A DNA stretch of 64,000 bases from Candidatus Azotimanducaceae bacterium. GTDB taxonomy: Bacteria > Pseudomonadota > Gammaproteobacteria > Pseudomonadales > Azotimanducaceae. Each line of letters begins with the position of its first letter. Positions within the stretch are counted from its first letter, which is position 1. Under the pieces are notes generated by a model, which did no database searches, was not told the origin of the DNA, and worked only from the letters and a program-made list of their open reading frames with translations. Below, piece by piece: positions 1 through 10,186 of this stretch. The translations under genes and the position numbers were made by a program. The DNA lies in NCBI GenBank assembly GCA_965208855.1, contig OZ242359.1, forward strand, positions 966,237 to 1,030,236, written 5' to 3'.

Positions 1-212
1 AAAATATCTGCACTGCCCGCCTGCTGTCCCAATTCAAGCAGCAAAGCCACTTCATCCGGGAACTTCTCCGCCGCGTCCGCCATGCCCGCCAGCAAGGCTG
101 GCAATGCCGACCCGGCAAGCAGACCCGCCAGGGCCTCATATCGGTCCGCCGTATCACGGTCGATGGATTCGAGTTTCTCCCGCGTCTGCCGCAGAAGCTG
201 TTGCGATGTCAC
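1..212 (-). CDS. 5' end of an ORF running off the window; possibly the NorD/CbbO-type (VWA) partner of the adjacent CbbQ/NorQ ATPase
   Basis: The minus-strand frame is open from a GTG at 212-210, 1 nt after the ATPase stop at 216-214, down to position 1. My translation is VTSQQLLRQTREKLESIDRDTADRYEALAGLLAGS... The product guess rests only on the usual Q-then-O/D gene order. No motif is visible in 70 aa. Confidence 0.3.
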   Translation of the reverse strand, partial: MTSQQLLRQTREKLESIDRDTADRYEALAGLLAGSALPALLAGMADAAEKFPDEVALLLELGQQAGSADI

Positions 213-213
213 T

Positions 214-1059
214 TCAGGATGCTTTCGGGAAAATGGCGGCGGCAACTTCGGCTACCGCCTGCTGAACTTCCGCGTCATCGGACACGGCTCTGGAAATGGC
301 CGCGTCACAGGCATTCTTCGCCGGCATCCCGGCCATCATGAGCCGCCCCGCGTAAACCAACAGCCGGGTGCTGACGCCTTCATCGAAACCATGACCATGC
401 AGATTGCGAACCCTCTCTGCAAGGGAGGCAAGGCGCAGCGCAGTATCTTCCGCTACCCCGCTCTCGTGGGCAATGATCCTCGCTTCCTCTTCCAGCGCCG
501 GGTAACCGAACTCGATAGCGACAAACCTTTGCCGCGTACTGGGCTTGAGGTCCTTTAATATATTCTGGTAACCGGGGTTATAGGAAATGACCAGCAGAAA
601 GTCAGGATGGGCCGACAGTATGATGCCGAGTTTTTCAACCGGCAGTATTCTCCTGTGGTCGGTCAGGGAATGAATCAGGACTGTCGAATCTTTCCTGGCT
701 TCCACTATTTCATCCAGGTAACAAATCGCGCCCTCCTTGACGGCCTTACTGAGAGGGCCATCCTGCCAGACTGTCTCCTCGCCTTGCAGCAGGAAGCGGC
801 CAACCAGGTCCGTCGCAGACAGGTCTTCATGGCAGGCGACTGTTTGCAGGGGCTGGTCGGGTGCAGACCCGGCTGACCGACGATAAATCTTGTGCGTCAT
901 ATATTCAATAAAACGGGTCTTGCCGCAGCCGGTGGGCCCTTTCAGCAGAACCGGCAACCGCTGTTCATAAGCCGCAAGAAACACTTCCACCTCATCCGCC
1001 AATGGCAGATAGTAGGGTTCTTCTTCGAGTGTGTAACCAACGGCAGTTCCGGTGTTCAA
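214..1059 (-). CDS. CbbQ/NirQ/NorQ-family MoxR-like AAA+ ATPase
   Basis: 281-aa ORF with Walker A GPTGCGKT and Walker B-like [10 protein letters not shown]. The overall pattern ([17 protein letters not shown] ... ISYNPGYQ) is typical of CbbQ/NorQ proteins. Confidence 0.85.
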   Translation of the reverse strand: MNTGTAVGYTLEEEPYYLPLADEVEVFLAAYEQRLPVLLKGPTGCGKTRFIEYMTHKIYRRSAGSAPDQPLQTVACHEDLSATDLVGRFLLQGEETVWQDGPLSKAVKEGAICYLDEIVEARKDSTVLIHSLTDHRRILPVEKLGIILSAHPDFLLVISYNPGYQNILKDLKPSTRQRFVAIEFGYPALEEEARIIAHESGVAEDTALRLASLAERVRNLHGHGFDEGVSTRLLVYAGRLMMAGMPAKNACDAAISRAVSDDAEVQQAVAEVAAAIFPKAS

Positions 1060-1060
1060 A

Positions 1061-1882
1061 CTATTCCCCCGTCCACTTGGGTTGACGTTTATCGAGATAG
1101 GCCCGCACCCCTTCCCGATAATCTTTGTGCCTGCTCATCTCGTCTATGAGCCGTTCACTGTCCCTGACGGCGCTGGCCAGGTCCCGGTGAAGATCCTTGT
1201 AGATCTGCCATTTGGTTTCACGCAATGAAGCAGGAGATACATTGTCTTTCATCTGCTTCACATAGGCGCGGGTTTCATCCATCAATGCTTCCGGCGCAAC
1301 CAATCGGTTGACCAGACCCAACTCATAAGCTTCGTCAGAAGTGAATACCCGGCTGGTCAGCAGCAGGTCATTGGCTCTCGGCAGCCCAATCAGCCTGGGC
1401 AACAACCATGACAAACCATATTCGGCGGGGAAATTGAGCTTGCCGTGGGCCGTGGTGAATTTGACCCCTGGCACAGAAAAGCGAATATCCGCAAAACAGG
1501 CGAGAACCAGGCCAACCCCCGCCGCCGGGCCGTTGATGGCCGCCACCACCGGCTTGCGCAGGCCAAAATGATAGGCAAAGGCGGCATCGAATTCCGCCGC
1601 CACGCCCATGCCGGGTTGGGCCAGTTCCTCCGGCGTCCCCGGGTCATAGCCGCCCTTCTCGATATGGCCTTCAAGCGCTTGGGTATCCGCGCCAACACAA
1701 AAACCCCTGCCCTCTCCCGTGACAATAATGGCCCTGACGCCATCATCCTGGTCCGCCTGCTGCAGAAGATGACGGTACTCAGTGTGCATCCTGCCCGTCC
1801 AGGCATTCATGCGGTGCGGTCGATGCAACCGGATGGTGGCAATTTCATCTTCCACCTGATACTTGATTGTTTTCAATTCCAT
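1061..1882 (-). CDS. enoyl-CoA hydratase/isomerase (crotonase) family protein
   Basis: The ORF spans 1061-1915. I prefer the ATG giving [28 protein letters not shown]. Crotonase signatures [11 protein letters not shown] and [11 protein letters not shown] are present. Confidence 0.85.
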   Translation of the reverse strand: MELKTIKYQVEDEIATIRLHRPHRMNAWTGRMHTEYRHLLQQADQDDGVRAIIVTGEGRGFCVGADTQALEGHIEKGGYDPGTPEELAQPGMGVAAEFDAAFAYHFGLRKPVVAAINGPAAGVGLVLACFADIRFSVPGVKFTTAHGKLNFPAEYGLSWLLPRLIGLPRANDLLLTSRVFTSDEAYELGLVNRLVAPEALMDETRAYVKQMKDNVSPASLRETKWQIYKDLHRDLASAVRDSERLIDEMSRHKDYREGVRAYLDKRQPKWTGE

Positions 1883-2086
1883 GCGCGCCTCAATCCGGCA
1901 GTTTCCGACCGGCACATACCCTGGCGGCTTCCGGTCATCTGATCATGAGCGCCGCCTTGAGTATCACCCGCCTGTTCGTATAGGCCTGCCAACTCCCCCG
2001 CCGGCCTCTGGATGCTGACTTGACGCAATGTTATCTTCCCTGCAAATGCCGTAATCTATCACAACAGCCTGGAGGGTAATTGCTGG

Positions 2087-3271
2087 ATGGAACAATTTCG
2101 AGCAGAAGCAAGAAGCTGGCTGGAAGAAAACTGCCCGCAGAGCATGAGAACCGCCGGTGGTGAAGATGAAGCCGTCTGGGGCGGCAGAAACGCCACCTTC
2201 CCCAATCCCGACGCCAAAGCATGGCTCGATGCCATGGGCGGCAGGGGATGGACCTGCCCAACCTGGCCAAAAGAATATGGCGGCGGTGGTCTCAACCACG
2301 AGCAGAACATGATTCTGCAAACCGAGCTTCGCCGAATCAACGCCCGGCCAGCACTGGTTTCTTTCGGCATATCCATGTTAGGCCCGGTGCTTTTGGAATA
2401 TGGCAATGAGGCGCAGAAGCTTGAACATCTGCCCAAAATTGTGCGTGGTAAAATCAGATGGTGCCAAGGATACAGCGAACCAGGCTCCGGCTCCGACCTC
2501 GCCAGCCTGCAAACCCGCGCCGTAAAGGACGGTGACGATTACATCATCAATGGCTCGAAGATCTGGACGTCTTACGCCAATTCCGCCGACTGGATTTTCT
2601 GCCTTGTTCGCACAGACCCGGATGCGCCCAAACATGAAGGTATCAGCTTTGTCCTTTTTGACATGGCCTCTGCCGGCGTTTCCACCAAGCCAATCAAACT
2701 TATCAGTGGGTCATCACCCTTCTGCGAAACATTTTTCGATGATGTTCGCGTACCCAGGAAAAATCTGGTGGGCCGGGAAAACCAGGGCTGGACCATCGCC
2801 AAAAAACTGTTGCAGCACGAACGCAACATGGTTGCCGGCATGGGTGCCAGAGGCAACAGCAAAAACCCCGAGTACCTTATGGAGAACCAGGCTAAAAAGT
2901 ACCTTGGGGAAGAAAGCGGACGCATCGCCGATGCTGCGTTGCGAGGTCACATCACCCGGCACAAGATGGACAGCCAGGCTTTTACGTTGACATTGCGCCG
3001 GTCCGCCGCCGAAATGAAAACCATCTCCGCCCCCTCGCCCGCCTCATCCATGTTCAAGTACTACGGCACGGAACAAAATAAAAAACGATATGAAGTGCTG
3101 CTGGATATTATGGGCAATCAGGGCACGGGCTGGGAGGGCGACGAATTTACCCAGCGCGAACTGTCAACCGCCAGAGAATGGCTGCGGTCCCGGGCGAACT
3201 CCATTGAAGGCGGCTCCTCGGAAGTACAGTTGAACATTATTGCCAAGCGAGTCCTGGGTTTACCTGACTGA
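2087..3271 (+). CDS. acyl-CoA dehydrogenase family protein
   Basis: 394-aa ORF with the WCQGYSEPGSGSD middle-domain signature and the C-terminal IEGGSSEVQLNIIAKRVLGLP, both typical of ACADs. Confidence 0.85.
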   Translation: MEQFRAEARSWLEENCPQSMRTAGGEDEAVWGGRNATFPNPDAKAWLDAMGGRGWTCPTWPKEYGGGGLNHEQNMILQTELRRINARPALVSFGISMLGPVLLEYGNEAQKLEHLPKIVRGKIRWCQGYSEPGSGSDLASLQTRAVKDGDDYIINGSKIWTSYANSADWIFCLVRTDPDAPKHEGISFVLFDMASAGVSTKPIKLISGSSPFCETFFDDVRVPRKNLVGRENQGWTIAKKLLQHERNMVAGMGARGNSKNPEYLMENQAKKYLGEESGRIADAALRGHITRHKMDSQAFTLTLRRSAAEMKTISAPSPASSMFKYYGTEQNKKRYEVLLDIMGNQGTGWEGDEFTQRELSTAREWLRSRANSIEGGSSEVQLNIIAKRVLGLPD

Positions 3272-3308
3272 CCGGCATCGGCGGGAAACACTGTCGGCGA
3301 GGGGGAGC

Positions 3309-4166
3309 CTATTCATGCCTGAGGGCGGCTCTGAGTTCCAATGCAACTTCTCTGATTTTCATCTGCAACCGGCGAGTGTTTTCCGGCCCCATCCTGATCA
3401 TCTGTTTCTGTGCCGCGTTCAGCTTCTCCATGCGCTCATCCTCGAATCTGTACATAACGACAGGGCGCACCAGGCGGACGGGTTCATCAATGGCCGGCGT
3501 TTCAAGCAGCCTGCCGATAGCCAGAAAGATGACATCATCAAAAGGCCTGTCTTGATAACCCAACTCCGCATAAGCCCGTTGTGCCAATGGCCGCAGCAGC
3601 CGATAGAAATCCACTGCTCGCCTGGCATCTACTGAAACGGCTATCTCTGTGAAAAGGTTGTAACGATCATAAGAAGCGGGGTCCAACTCAAAGGTCTTGT
3701 CATCAAGTTTCTTTACGAGAAATGCGCCTCTCGGTGCCAGTGGCCGCACGGCTTCTTTGGCAACCTGGCCCCGGGCGATATTGTCCACGAAAACGACAAA
3801 TTTCCTGATCAATTCGCTCGATGCCAACCAGGCATTGATACCCTCATGACGTGTCAGGCTCACCACGCCGTCCCTGACAAGTTGGTCGCTATCGTCGAGC
3901 CGCGGCAAAACAAAAGCCGATTCCTGCTCTGTTGGCGCATCTTCCTGCGCAGCGCCCCGCGCCGCAATGGGTTCCTCGACCGGCTTCGGTACCTCTTCGA
4001 TTGTCGGCGGCGCGGGCTTTGCATCGGGGATGCGAACTGCTTCACTGGTCACCGGCGCCGGCCTCATAACATAGATGAAATAGCCGGCCACGCCCACAAT
4101 CGCCAACAGAACTATCGCCAGCGTGATCAGAATGGGTTTACTCTCCAATAGTGTGTTGTTTGCCAT
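3309..4166 (-). CDS. membrane-anchored protein, DUF3014-like
   Basis: 285-aa ORF with one N-terminal TM helix (PILITLAIVLLAIVGVAGYFIYV), a Pro/Glu-rich linker, then LPRLDDSDQLVRD... The family call is from memory of DUF3014 proteins only. Confidence 0.5.
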   Translation of the reverse strand: MANNTLLESKPILITLAIVLLAIVGVAGYFIYVMRPAPVTSEAVRIPDAKPAPPTIEEVPKPVEEPIAARGAAQEDAPTEQESAFVLPRLDDSDQLVRDGVVSLTRHEGINAWLASSELIRKFVVFVDNIARGQVAKEAVRPLAPRGAFLVKKLDDKTFELDPASYDRYNLFTEIAVSVDARRAVDFYRLLRPLAQRAYAELGYQDRPFDDVIFLAIGRLLETPAIDEPVRLVRPVVMYRFEDERMEKLNAAQKQMIRMGPENTRRLQMKIREVALELRAALRHE

Positions 4167-4180
4167 TTGCCTTGCTTACC

Positions 4181-4233
4181 CTCTTGGTTCTATTCTCTTG
4201 GTTCTATTCTCTTGGTTCTATTCTCTTGGTTCC
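4181..4233. repeat. 14-bp head-to-tail tandem repeat (CTCTTGGTTCTATT, about 3.8 copies)
   Basis: Read directly. Perfect copies lie at 4181, 4195 and 4209, with a partial copy at 4223. The array sits between the cimA stop (4263) and the DUF3014-like start (4166). Confidence 0.9.
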
Positions 4234-4262
4234 AGTCTGCCTGACCCGTTTCATCAGTCTGA

Positions 4263-5912
4263 CTATACTTTGATGGCGTCAGTTTTCTTTGTCTCCGCCA
4301 ACTCCTCAACAAATTCTTCATGCCGCATAAGCGCATATTGGTAAGCCTCGATCAGCGCATTCCAACTGGCCTGGATGATATCGACATTAACGCCAACCGT
4401 GCCGAATTTCTCACCCTCGAAGCTGTGCTCCAGGTAAACTCGAACCTTGGCCGCCGTTTCCTCGGTGCTGTTGATCACCCGCACGGCATAGTCCGTCAGG
4501 TGCAGATCCTTCACCACCGGAAATTGCTCGATCAGCGCCTTCTGCAATGCCTGATTGAGAGCGTCTACCGGGCCATTCCCTTCGGCGGCGCAGAGACACA
4601 TTGCATCGGCGACCTCCAGCTTTACGCTCGCCTCAATCAGGCTGTCGGAATCAGGATGCTCCTCGTTACTGGGAGAATAAATACGATAATAGACGGGCTC
4701 AAAGCTGGGTCTGTATCTGCCGATATGTCGGCGAACGATCAAATCAAAACTGCCATCAGCGTTTTCAAATGAATAGCCGGCATGTTCCTTGTCCTGTATG
4801 TCGCCAAGGATGGCCTTGACGACATTACCGTCTTCCAGTTCCGGATAGCGGTTCGACAGTTTGGCTTTCAAGTTTGAGCCCCCGGCCAACTCGCTGATCA
4901 GTATTTTTCTCGCGTTGCCGACCAGCCCCGGGTCAATATGCTCATAGGTCTCAGGGTTACGCTGCACCGCGCTCACATGCACGCCGCCCTTGTGTGCAAA
5001 AGCGGACGGGCCGACGAAGGGTTGCCCGGACGGCCCTTGTATGCCGAGGTATTCCCACACCTTGCGGGAAAGGTCGGTCAAGTCTTTCAACCGACCTTGC
5101 GGCAGGCACTCGTAACCCATTTTGAGTTCCAGATTGCCGAGAACGCTGGTCAGGTCCACGTTACCGCATCGCTCACCTATGCCGTTTATGGTGCCGTGCA
5201 CCTGCACCACACCTTCCTCGATGGCTCTCAGGGTGTTGGCGACGGCAAGGCCGCCATCATTGTGTACATGAATGCCCAGCTTGGTGCCGGGTATTTCCTT
5301 GCGTATCTCGCGGATGGCGGCGCCCACTTCATGAGGCATGACACCGCCATTAGTGTCACACAGTATGATCCGTTCAGCACCGCCTTCAACGGCTGCCTGC
5401 AAGGTCGCCAGCGCATAGCCCGGGTCGCTCCTGAAACCATCGAAAAAATGCTCGGCGTCATAAAAGACAGGTTTCGCCGTGGCTTCACGCAGGTGGGCGA
5501 GGGAATTGCGAATCATCTCCAGGTTGCGGTCAGGCGTTACTCTTAATGCCTGTTCCACATGCAAGATCCAGGACTTGCCGAAAATGCAGGTGACATCCGC
5601 CTTGGCCGCCACCAACTGCTGCAGGAAAAAGTCTTCCGCAGGCTTCGCATCGGCACGGTGTGTCGAGCCAAAGGCGACAATCCGAAGATGTTTCAGTTCC
5701 AGCGTCCTGACCCGCTGGAAGTATTCATCGTCCTTGGGGTTGGAGCCGGGCCAGCCGCCTTCAACAAAATCAACGCCAAGCGCGTCCAGTTCCCGGGTGA
5801 TATCCAGCTTGTCCCCAAGAGAAAGGTTGATGCCCTCCCCCTGGTTGCCGTCACGCAGAGTCGTGTCAAATATCTCGATCTTTTTCCTTGCCATCTTCTG
5901 TTTCTCAGGCAT
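4263..5912 (-). CDS. cimA: citramalate synthase (CimA-type member of the 2-isopropylmalate synthase family)
   Basis: The ORF spans 4263-5954. It has KIEIFDTTLRDGNQGEG and HVHNDGGLAVANT and a long C-terminal regulatory domain, resembling CimA more than LeuA. The start could be ATG 5912 or 5894. Confidence 0.8.
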   Translation of the reverse strand: MPEKQKMARKKIEIFDTTLRDGNQGEGINLSLGDKLDITRELDALGVDFVEGGWPGSNPKDDEYFQRVRTLELKHLRIVAFGSTHRADAKPAEDFFLQQLVAAKADVTCIFGKSWILHVEQALRVTPDRNLEMIRNSLAHLREATAKPVFYDAEHFFDGFRSDPGYALATLQAAVEGGAERIILCDTNGGVMPHEVGAAIREIRKEIPGTKLGIHVHNDGGLAVANTLRAIEEGVVQVHGTINGIGERCGNVDLTSVLGNLELKMGYECLPQGRLKDLTDLSRKVWEYLGIQGPSGQPFVGPSAFAHKGGVHVSAVQRNPETYEHIDPGLVGNARKILISELAGGSNLKAKLSNRYPELEDGNVVKAILGDIQDKEHAGYSFENADGSFDLIVRRHIGRYRPSFEPVYYRIYSPSNEEHPDSDSLIEASVKLEVADAMCLCAAEGNGPVDALNQALQKALIEQFPVVKDLHLTDYAVRVINSTEETAAKVRVYLEHSFEGEKFGTVGVNVDIIQASWNALIEAYQYALMRHEEFVEELAETKKTDAIKV

Positions 5913-6477
5913 GGCTGAGCTTCTCCGCCACCTTCCTGACTTCCGACGCAGCACTCAACAGGCTATCGAGGGGATCATAGGTTCCAGTGAGAAAAGCCTC
6001 AAGGGTCGATGCTTTCATCGTTACAGGATAGACGGCATTGGCGCAGACCACCTGCATGGCCTCCAGGTCGATAATAATCTCCGCATCCGGATTCGCCGTC
6101 ACATCCGCCGCCAGCCTTGCCCGATGCTCTTTGCTCATGACCACACATGGGATACCCAGGGTCGTGCAGTTGCCTTGAAAAATTTCCGCAAAAGAACCGG
6201 CTATCACCGCCTTCAGGCCAAACTTCATGATGGCCTGGGGCGCGTGTTCACGGCTGGAACCGCAACCGAAGTTGGCATCGGTTATCAATATCTCCGCACC
6301 CTTATGCTGCTTCGCGTCGAGTACATGATGCCTTGCGCTGCCATCTTCGTTGAAACGCTCGTCATGGAAAAGAGAAGGCCCCAACTCATCGAAGGTCACG
6401 CACTTCAGAAAACGCGCCGGGATAATCCTGTCCGTGTCTATGTCATTGCCCTGCACATAAACACCGCGACCGGCCAT
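5905..6477 (-). CDS. leuD: 3-isopropylmalate dehydratase small subunit
   Basis: The ORF spans 5905-6723, but the LeuD-like sequence begins at MAGRGVYVQGNDIDTDRIIPARFLK (ATG 6477, about 20 nt after the leuC stop). GCGSSREHAP is present. Confidence 0.85.
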   Translation of the reverse strand: MAGRGVYVQGNDIDTDRIIPARFLKCVTFDELGPSLFHDERFNEDGSARHHVLDAKQHKGAEILITDANFGCGSSREHAPQAIMKFGLKAVIAGSFAEIFQGNCTTLGIPCVVMSKEHRARLAADVTANPDAEIIIDLEAMQVVCANAVYPVTMKASTLEAFLTGTYDPLDSLLSAASEVRKVAEKLSHA

Positions 6478-6500
6478 TTTTACCCTGCCTGTCACGCTGC

Positions 6501-7922
6501 TCACGATGAGCCTCCCGTCAGTCCGAATACTTCCCGGGCATCCGCCACCTTGCCTTCGACCGCCGCCGCCGCCACCATGATAGGGCTCATCAGAATGGTG
6601 CGGCCTCTGGGAGAGCCCTGGCGACCAATAAAGTTCCTGTTTGAACTGGACGCGCAGACCTGGTCCCCCACCAGCTTGTCCGGATTCATCGCCAGGCACA
6701 TGGAGCAGCCCGGCTTGCGCCACTCGAATCCCGCCTGCTCGAATATCTTGTTCAGACCCGCCGCCCTGGCCGCCTTGTCAACCTTTTCCGAGCCGGGCAC
6801 GGCCAGAGCGCGAACATTATTCGCCACTTTTTTACCGGCAATGACCTTCGCAACTGCCGCAAAGTCGCTCAGGCGGCCATTGGTGCAGCTACCGATAAAA
6901 GCTACATCTATCTTTGTACCCTTGATGGGCGTACCCGGTGCAAGCTGCATGTAACCCAGCGCATCCGTGACAAGATTCTTCTCCAGGCCATCGACCTGCT
7001 CCGGGCCGGGCACCAACTCCTCAATAGAGATGGCCTGAGCCGGAGTTACACCCCAGGTCACCGTTGGCTTGATACTGCCCGCATCGATAACCACTTCATC
7101 ATCATAGGTGGCGTCCGCGTCACTGGCATAGGACATCCATCTTTCACGGGCCGCATTGAAGTCGGCGCCGGACGGCACGCGTTCGCGCCCCTTGAGAAAT
7201 TCAAACGTAGTTTCATCGGGCGTGATATAGCCGCAACGCGCGCCGCCCTCAATGCTCATGTTACAGACGGTCATGCGCTCTTCCATGGTCATGGACTCAA
7301 TCGCGGAACCCGCATATTCGTAGGCAAAACCGACACCGCCGTTCACACCGAGGGTTCTGATAATATGCAGTATCACGTCTTTGGCGGTGACCCCGACCGC
7401 CAGCTTCCCTTCAACGGCAATGCGCCTGACTTTCAGCGGGTCCATCGCCAGGGTCTGGCTGGCCAGGACGTCACGCACCTGGCTCGTCCCTATACCCAGG
7501 GCAATGCAGCCAAAAGCGCCGTGGGTTGCGGTGTGACTGTCGCCGCAGCAGATTGTCATACCCGGCTGGGTAAGACCCAACTCAGGGCCGACAACATGGA
7601 CGATACCCTGTGAACCTGATTCCGGCGGAAAGAACTCAATACCATGTTCTTCTGTGGCATCGCTCAACACCCGGACCATCTTCTCCGCCATATCGTCAGC
7701 CAGAGGCCTGGCCTGATTATCCGTGGGAATAATGTGATCGACAGTCGCGTAGGTTCGCTTCGGGTAAGCCACCTTCAAACCCTTGTCTTTGAGCATCCCG
7801 AAAGCCTGCGGGCTGGTCACCTCGTGAATAAGGTGCAGGGCCATGAATAGCTGATACTGGCCATTATCCAGCCGCCGTATAACATGGTCATCCCAAACTT
7901 TCTGAAAAAGATTCCTGCCCAC
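6501..7922 (-). CDS. leuC: 3-isopropylmalate dehydratase large subunit
   Basis: 473-aa ORF with [15 protein letters not shown], the aconitase-family cluster ligand region [15 protein letters not shown], and GSCTNGR. Confidence 0.9.
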   Translation of the reverse strand: MGRNLFQKVWDDHVIRRLDNGQYQLFMALHLIHEVTSPQAFGMLKDKGLKVAYPKRTYATVDHIIPTDNQARPLADDMAEKMVRVLSDATEEHGIEFFPPESGSQGIVHVVGPELGLTQPGMTICCGDSHTATHGAFGCIALGIGTSQVRDVLASQTLAMDPLKVRRIAVEGKLAVGVTAKDVILHIIRTLGVNGGVGFAYEYAGSAIESMTMEERMTVCNMSIEGGARCGYITPDETTFEFLKGRERVPSGADFNAARERWMSYASDADATYDDEVVIDAGSIKPTVTWGVTPAQAISIEELVPGPEQVDGLEKNLVTDALGYMQLAPGTPIKGTKIDVAFIGSCTNGRLSDFAAVAKVIAGKKVANNVRALAVPGSEKVDKAARAAGLNKIFEQAGFEWRKPGCSMCLAMNPDKLVGDQVCASSSNRNFIGRQGSPRGRTILMSPIMVAAAAVEGKVADAREVFGLTGGSS

Positions 7923-8118
7923 CGGACCAGGCTCCGCGTAAAAAGGGCGGCAATTCTACCATGAAACCCGCTGGCTATTGGTTGTATGGGCTGGGATTGT
8001 GATAACCGGAGTGCCGAGAATGACGGCGCGGGGCCGAGGATGACGGGAAAAAATACTCGTCATCCGCACCTGTTCATGCGTAAATACAGCGGCCACATTA
8101 CACAATCGAAGAATTCAG

Positions 8119-8676
8119 TTGAACACTCACGCCCCCGTCCCGCTTTCATTTGAAACGGAAAGATTCCTTATTCGCCGATACAGGGAAGCGGACGCAGACC
8201 TTCTCTATGCAGCAGCCATCGCTTCGATTCCCGAGGTGTTTGAATTCCTGCCCTGGTGTCACCCGGATTACACCAGGCAGGACGCCGCCGATTGGCTGAA
8301 CGCCATAGAAACCAACTGGGAAAAGAACAACACCTACAGCTTTGCCATCTTCGATAAGGATGGCTCTGAGTTTCATGGCGGCTGTGAAATCAACCGTGTT
8401 GATGAACACCCGGTCGGGAACCTCGGCTACTGGGTCAAAACACCCAGCATCGGCAAAGGCGTCGCCACGGAGGCAAGCATCCATCTGGCGCGTTTCGGCT
8501 TGCGGGAACTTGGCCTGCAAAGAATCGAGATCATCATGTCAGTTGAAAACGCCGCCAGCCAAGCTGTCGCGGCATCAATGGGTGCCAAGTTTGAAGGCAT
8601 ACTGCACTCTCGGCTGCTACTTCACGGCAGGCCCCACGATGCCCGCATCTATTCAATCACATGGGACGATATATAA
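8119..8676 (+). CDS. GNAT family N-acetyltransferase (RimJ/RimL-like)
   Basis: 185-aa ORF with a TTG start. It has ETERFLIRRYREADADLLY and the GNAT motif A region GKGVATEA. Confidence 0.8.
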   Translation: MNTHAPVPLSFETERFLIRRYREADADLLYAAAIASIPEVFEFLPWCHPDYTRQDAADWLNAIETNWEKNNTYSFAIFDKDGSEFHGGCEINRVDEHPVGNLGYWVKTPSIGKGVATEASIHLARFGLRELGLQRIEIIMSVENAASQAVAASMGAKFEGILHSRLLLHGRPHDARIYSITWDDI

Positions 8677-8739
8677 CTCCGAGGGGGATATTTTGCTACA
8701 CTGTCACCTCAAACACCGAAACGAACAAAGAGGCTCACT

Positions 8740-10149
8740 ATGAACACTGCAGAACCCACCCGGGAAGATATGCTGACGGTTCTGAACCGCCAGAAAAAGG
8801 CCTACCTCGCCGATGGAGAGGTTCCCGCCCAGCTACGGATTGACAGGATTGAGCGGGCTATTGACCTTCTCAAGAAGCACGGCGGCAAACTGAATGAAGC
8901 CATGGCCGCAGACTTCGGCCACAGGTCCATGGAGCAGTCGAAGATGACCGATATAGACGGCTCCATCGGCCCCCTCGAACACGCCAGGAAAAATGTTCGC
9001 CGCTGGATGCGGCCCGAAAAACGAAAGGTCATGTTCCCTCTGGGCCTGCTTGGCGCCAAAGGCAAGGTTGAATATCAGCCTCTCGGCGTTGTCGGCTGCA
9101 TCAGCCCGTGGAATTTTCCGGTGCAACTGACCTTCAGCCCTCTTGCCGGGATTTTTGCCGCCGGCAATCGCACCATGATCAAACCGTCAGAGTTCACCGC
9201 CCAGACCTCGGCGTTGATGAAGGAAATCTTTGCGGAAGCATACGACGAAGATGAAGTGGCGGTATTTACCGGCGGCCCGGATGTCGGCGGCGCCTTCTCA
9301 AGGCTGCACTTCGATCACCTGTTGTTCACCGGCGCAACTTCCGTTGCAAAACATGTGATGAAAGCGGCGGCGGAGAACCTTGTTCCCGTTACACTTGAAC
9401 TGGGGGGTAAGTCCCCGGTAATCATTGGCCGCTCTGCCGACCTGTCTCTCGCCGCCACCAATATCATGGCGGGCAAGACTATGAACGCGGGCCAGATATG
9501 CCTCGCACCGGACTATGTATTCCTGCCGGAAGAAAGCCGCGACGAATTTGTCGCGGCCGCCGGCGAAGCGGTTGCCACAATGTTTCCGAACATCAAGGAC
9601 AACCCGGATTACACCTCTATCATCAACGAGCGCCATCATGACCGGCTGAACGGTTATCTGGATGACGCCAGGGAGAAGGGAGCAGACATCGTGGAATTCA
9701 ATCCCGCGAACGAGGATTTTTCACAGCAGGAGCATCACAGGATTCCCCCCACCATCATTCTCGACCCAACAGACGACATGAAGGTGATGCAGGATGAAAT
9801 CTTCGGCCCTCTGCTGCCCGTCAAGCAATACAAAGACGTGGATGAAACCATTAACTATGTTAATCAACATGACCGCCCCCTTGGCCTTTACTATTTCGGC
9901 AAGGATGGCAAGGAAGAACGCAAGGTACTGACCCATACGACATCCGGCGGGGTGACCGTGAACGATGTCATCATGCATGTGGCGCAGGAAGACATGCCTT
10001 TCGGCGGCGTCGGCCCCAGCGGCATGGGCTCATATCACGGTCACGACGGCTTCAGAAATTTCAGCCACGCCAAGACTGTGTACAGCCAGTCGAAAATGGT
10101 GTCAAAGCTGGCGGCGTCCATGCGGCCTCCTTACAAGAAGGCGTCATAG
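8740..10149 (+). CDS. NAD(P)-dependent aldehyde dehydrogenase (coniferyl-aldehyde dehydrogenase-like)
   Basis: 469-aa ORF with ELGGKSP, the catalytic Cys context GQICLAPDY, and EIFGPLLP. Confidence 0.85.
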   Translation: MNTAEPTREDMLTVLNRQKKAYLADGEVPAQLRIDRIERAIDLLKKHGGKLNEAMAADFGHRSMEQSKMTDIDGSIGPLEHARKNVRRWMRPEKRKVMFPLGLLGAKGKVEYQPLGVVGCISPWNFPVQLTFSPLAGIFAAGNRTMIKPSEFTAQTSALMKEIFAEAYDEDEVAVFTGGPDVGGAFSRLHFDHLLFTGATSVAKHVMKAAAENLVPVTLELGGKSPVIIGRSADLSLAATNIMAGKTMNAGQICLAPDYVFLPEESRDEFVAAAGEAVATMFPNIKDNPDYTSIINERHHDRLNGYLDDAREKGADIVEFNPANEDFSQQEHHRIPPTIILDPTDDMKVMQDEIFGPLLPVKQYKDVDETINYVNQHDRPLGLYYFGKDGKEERKVLTHTTSGGVTVNDVIMHVAQEDMPFGGVGPSGMGSYHGHDGFRNFSHAKTVYSQSKMVSKLAASMRPPYKKAS

Positions 10150-10186
10150 CAATTGCTTTTATAACACCGGTTTTCATAGCACCGGC

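Noticed and set aside
5479-6954. A 491-aa plus-strand ORF, plus other long antisense ORFs (9965-11050 +, 12856-13638 -, 16312-17079 +, 35501-36358 -, 41082-42065 -, 42493-43287 +, 45646-46536 +, 51859-52680 -, 53640-54620 +, 58413-59042 -, 63002-63628 +)
   Set aside because: Each lies antisense to a gene with clear family motifs. Their translations are Arg/Pro/Gly/Ala-rich and of low complexity, as expected for shadow frames in GC-rich DNA.
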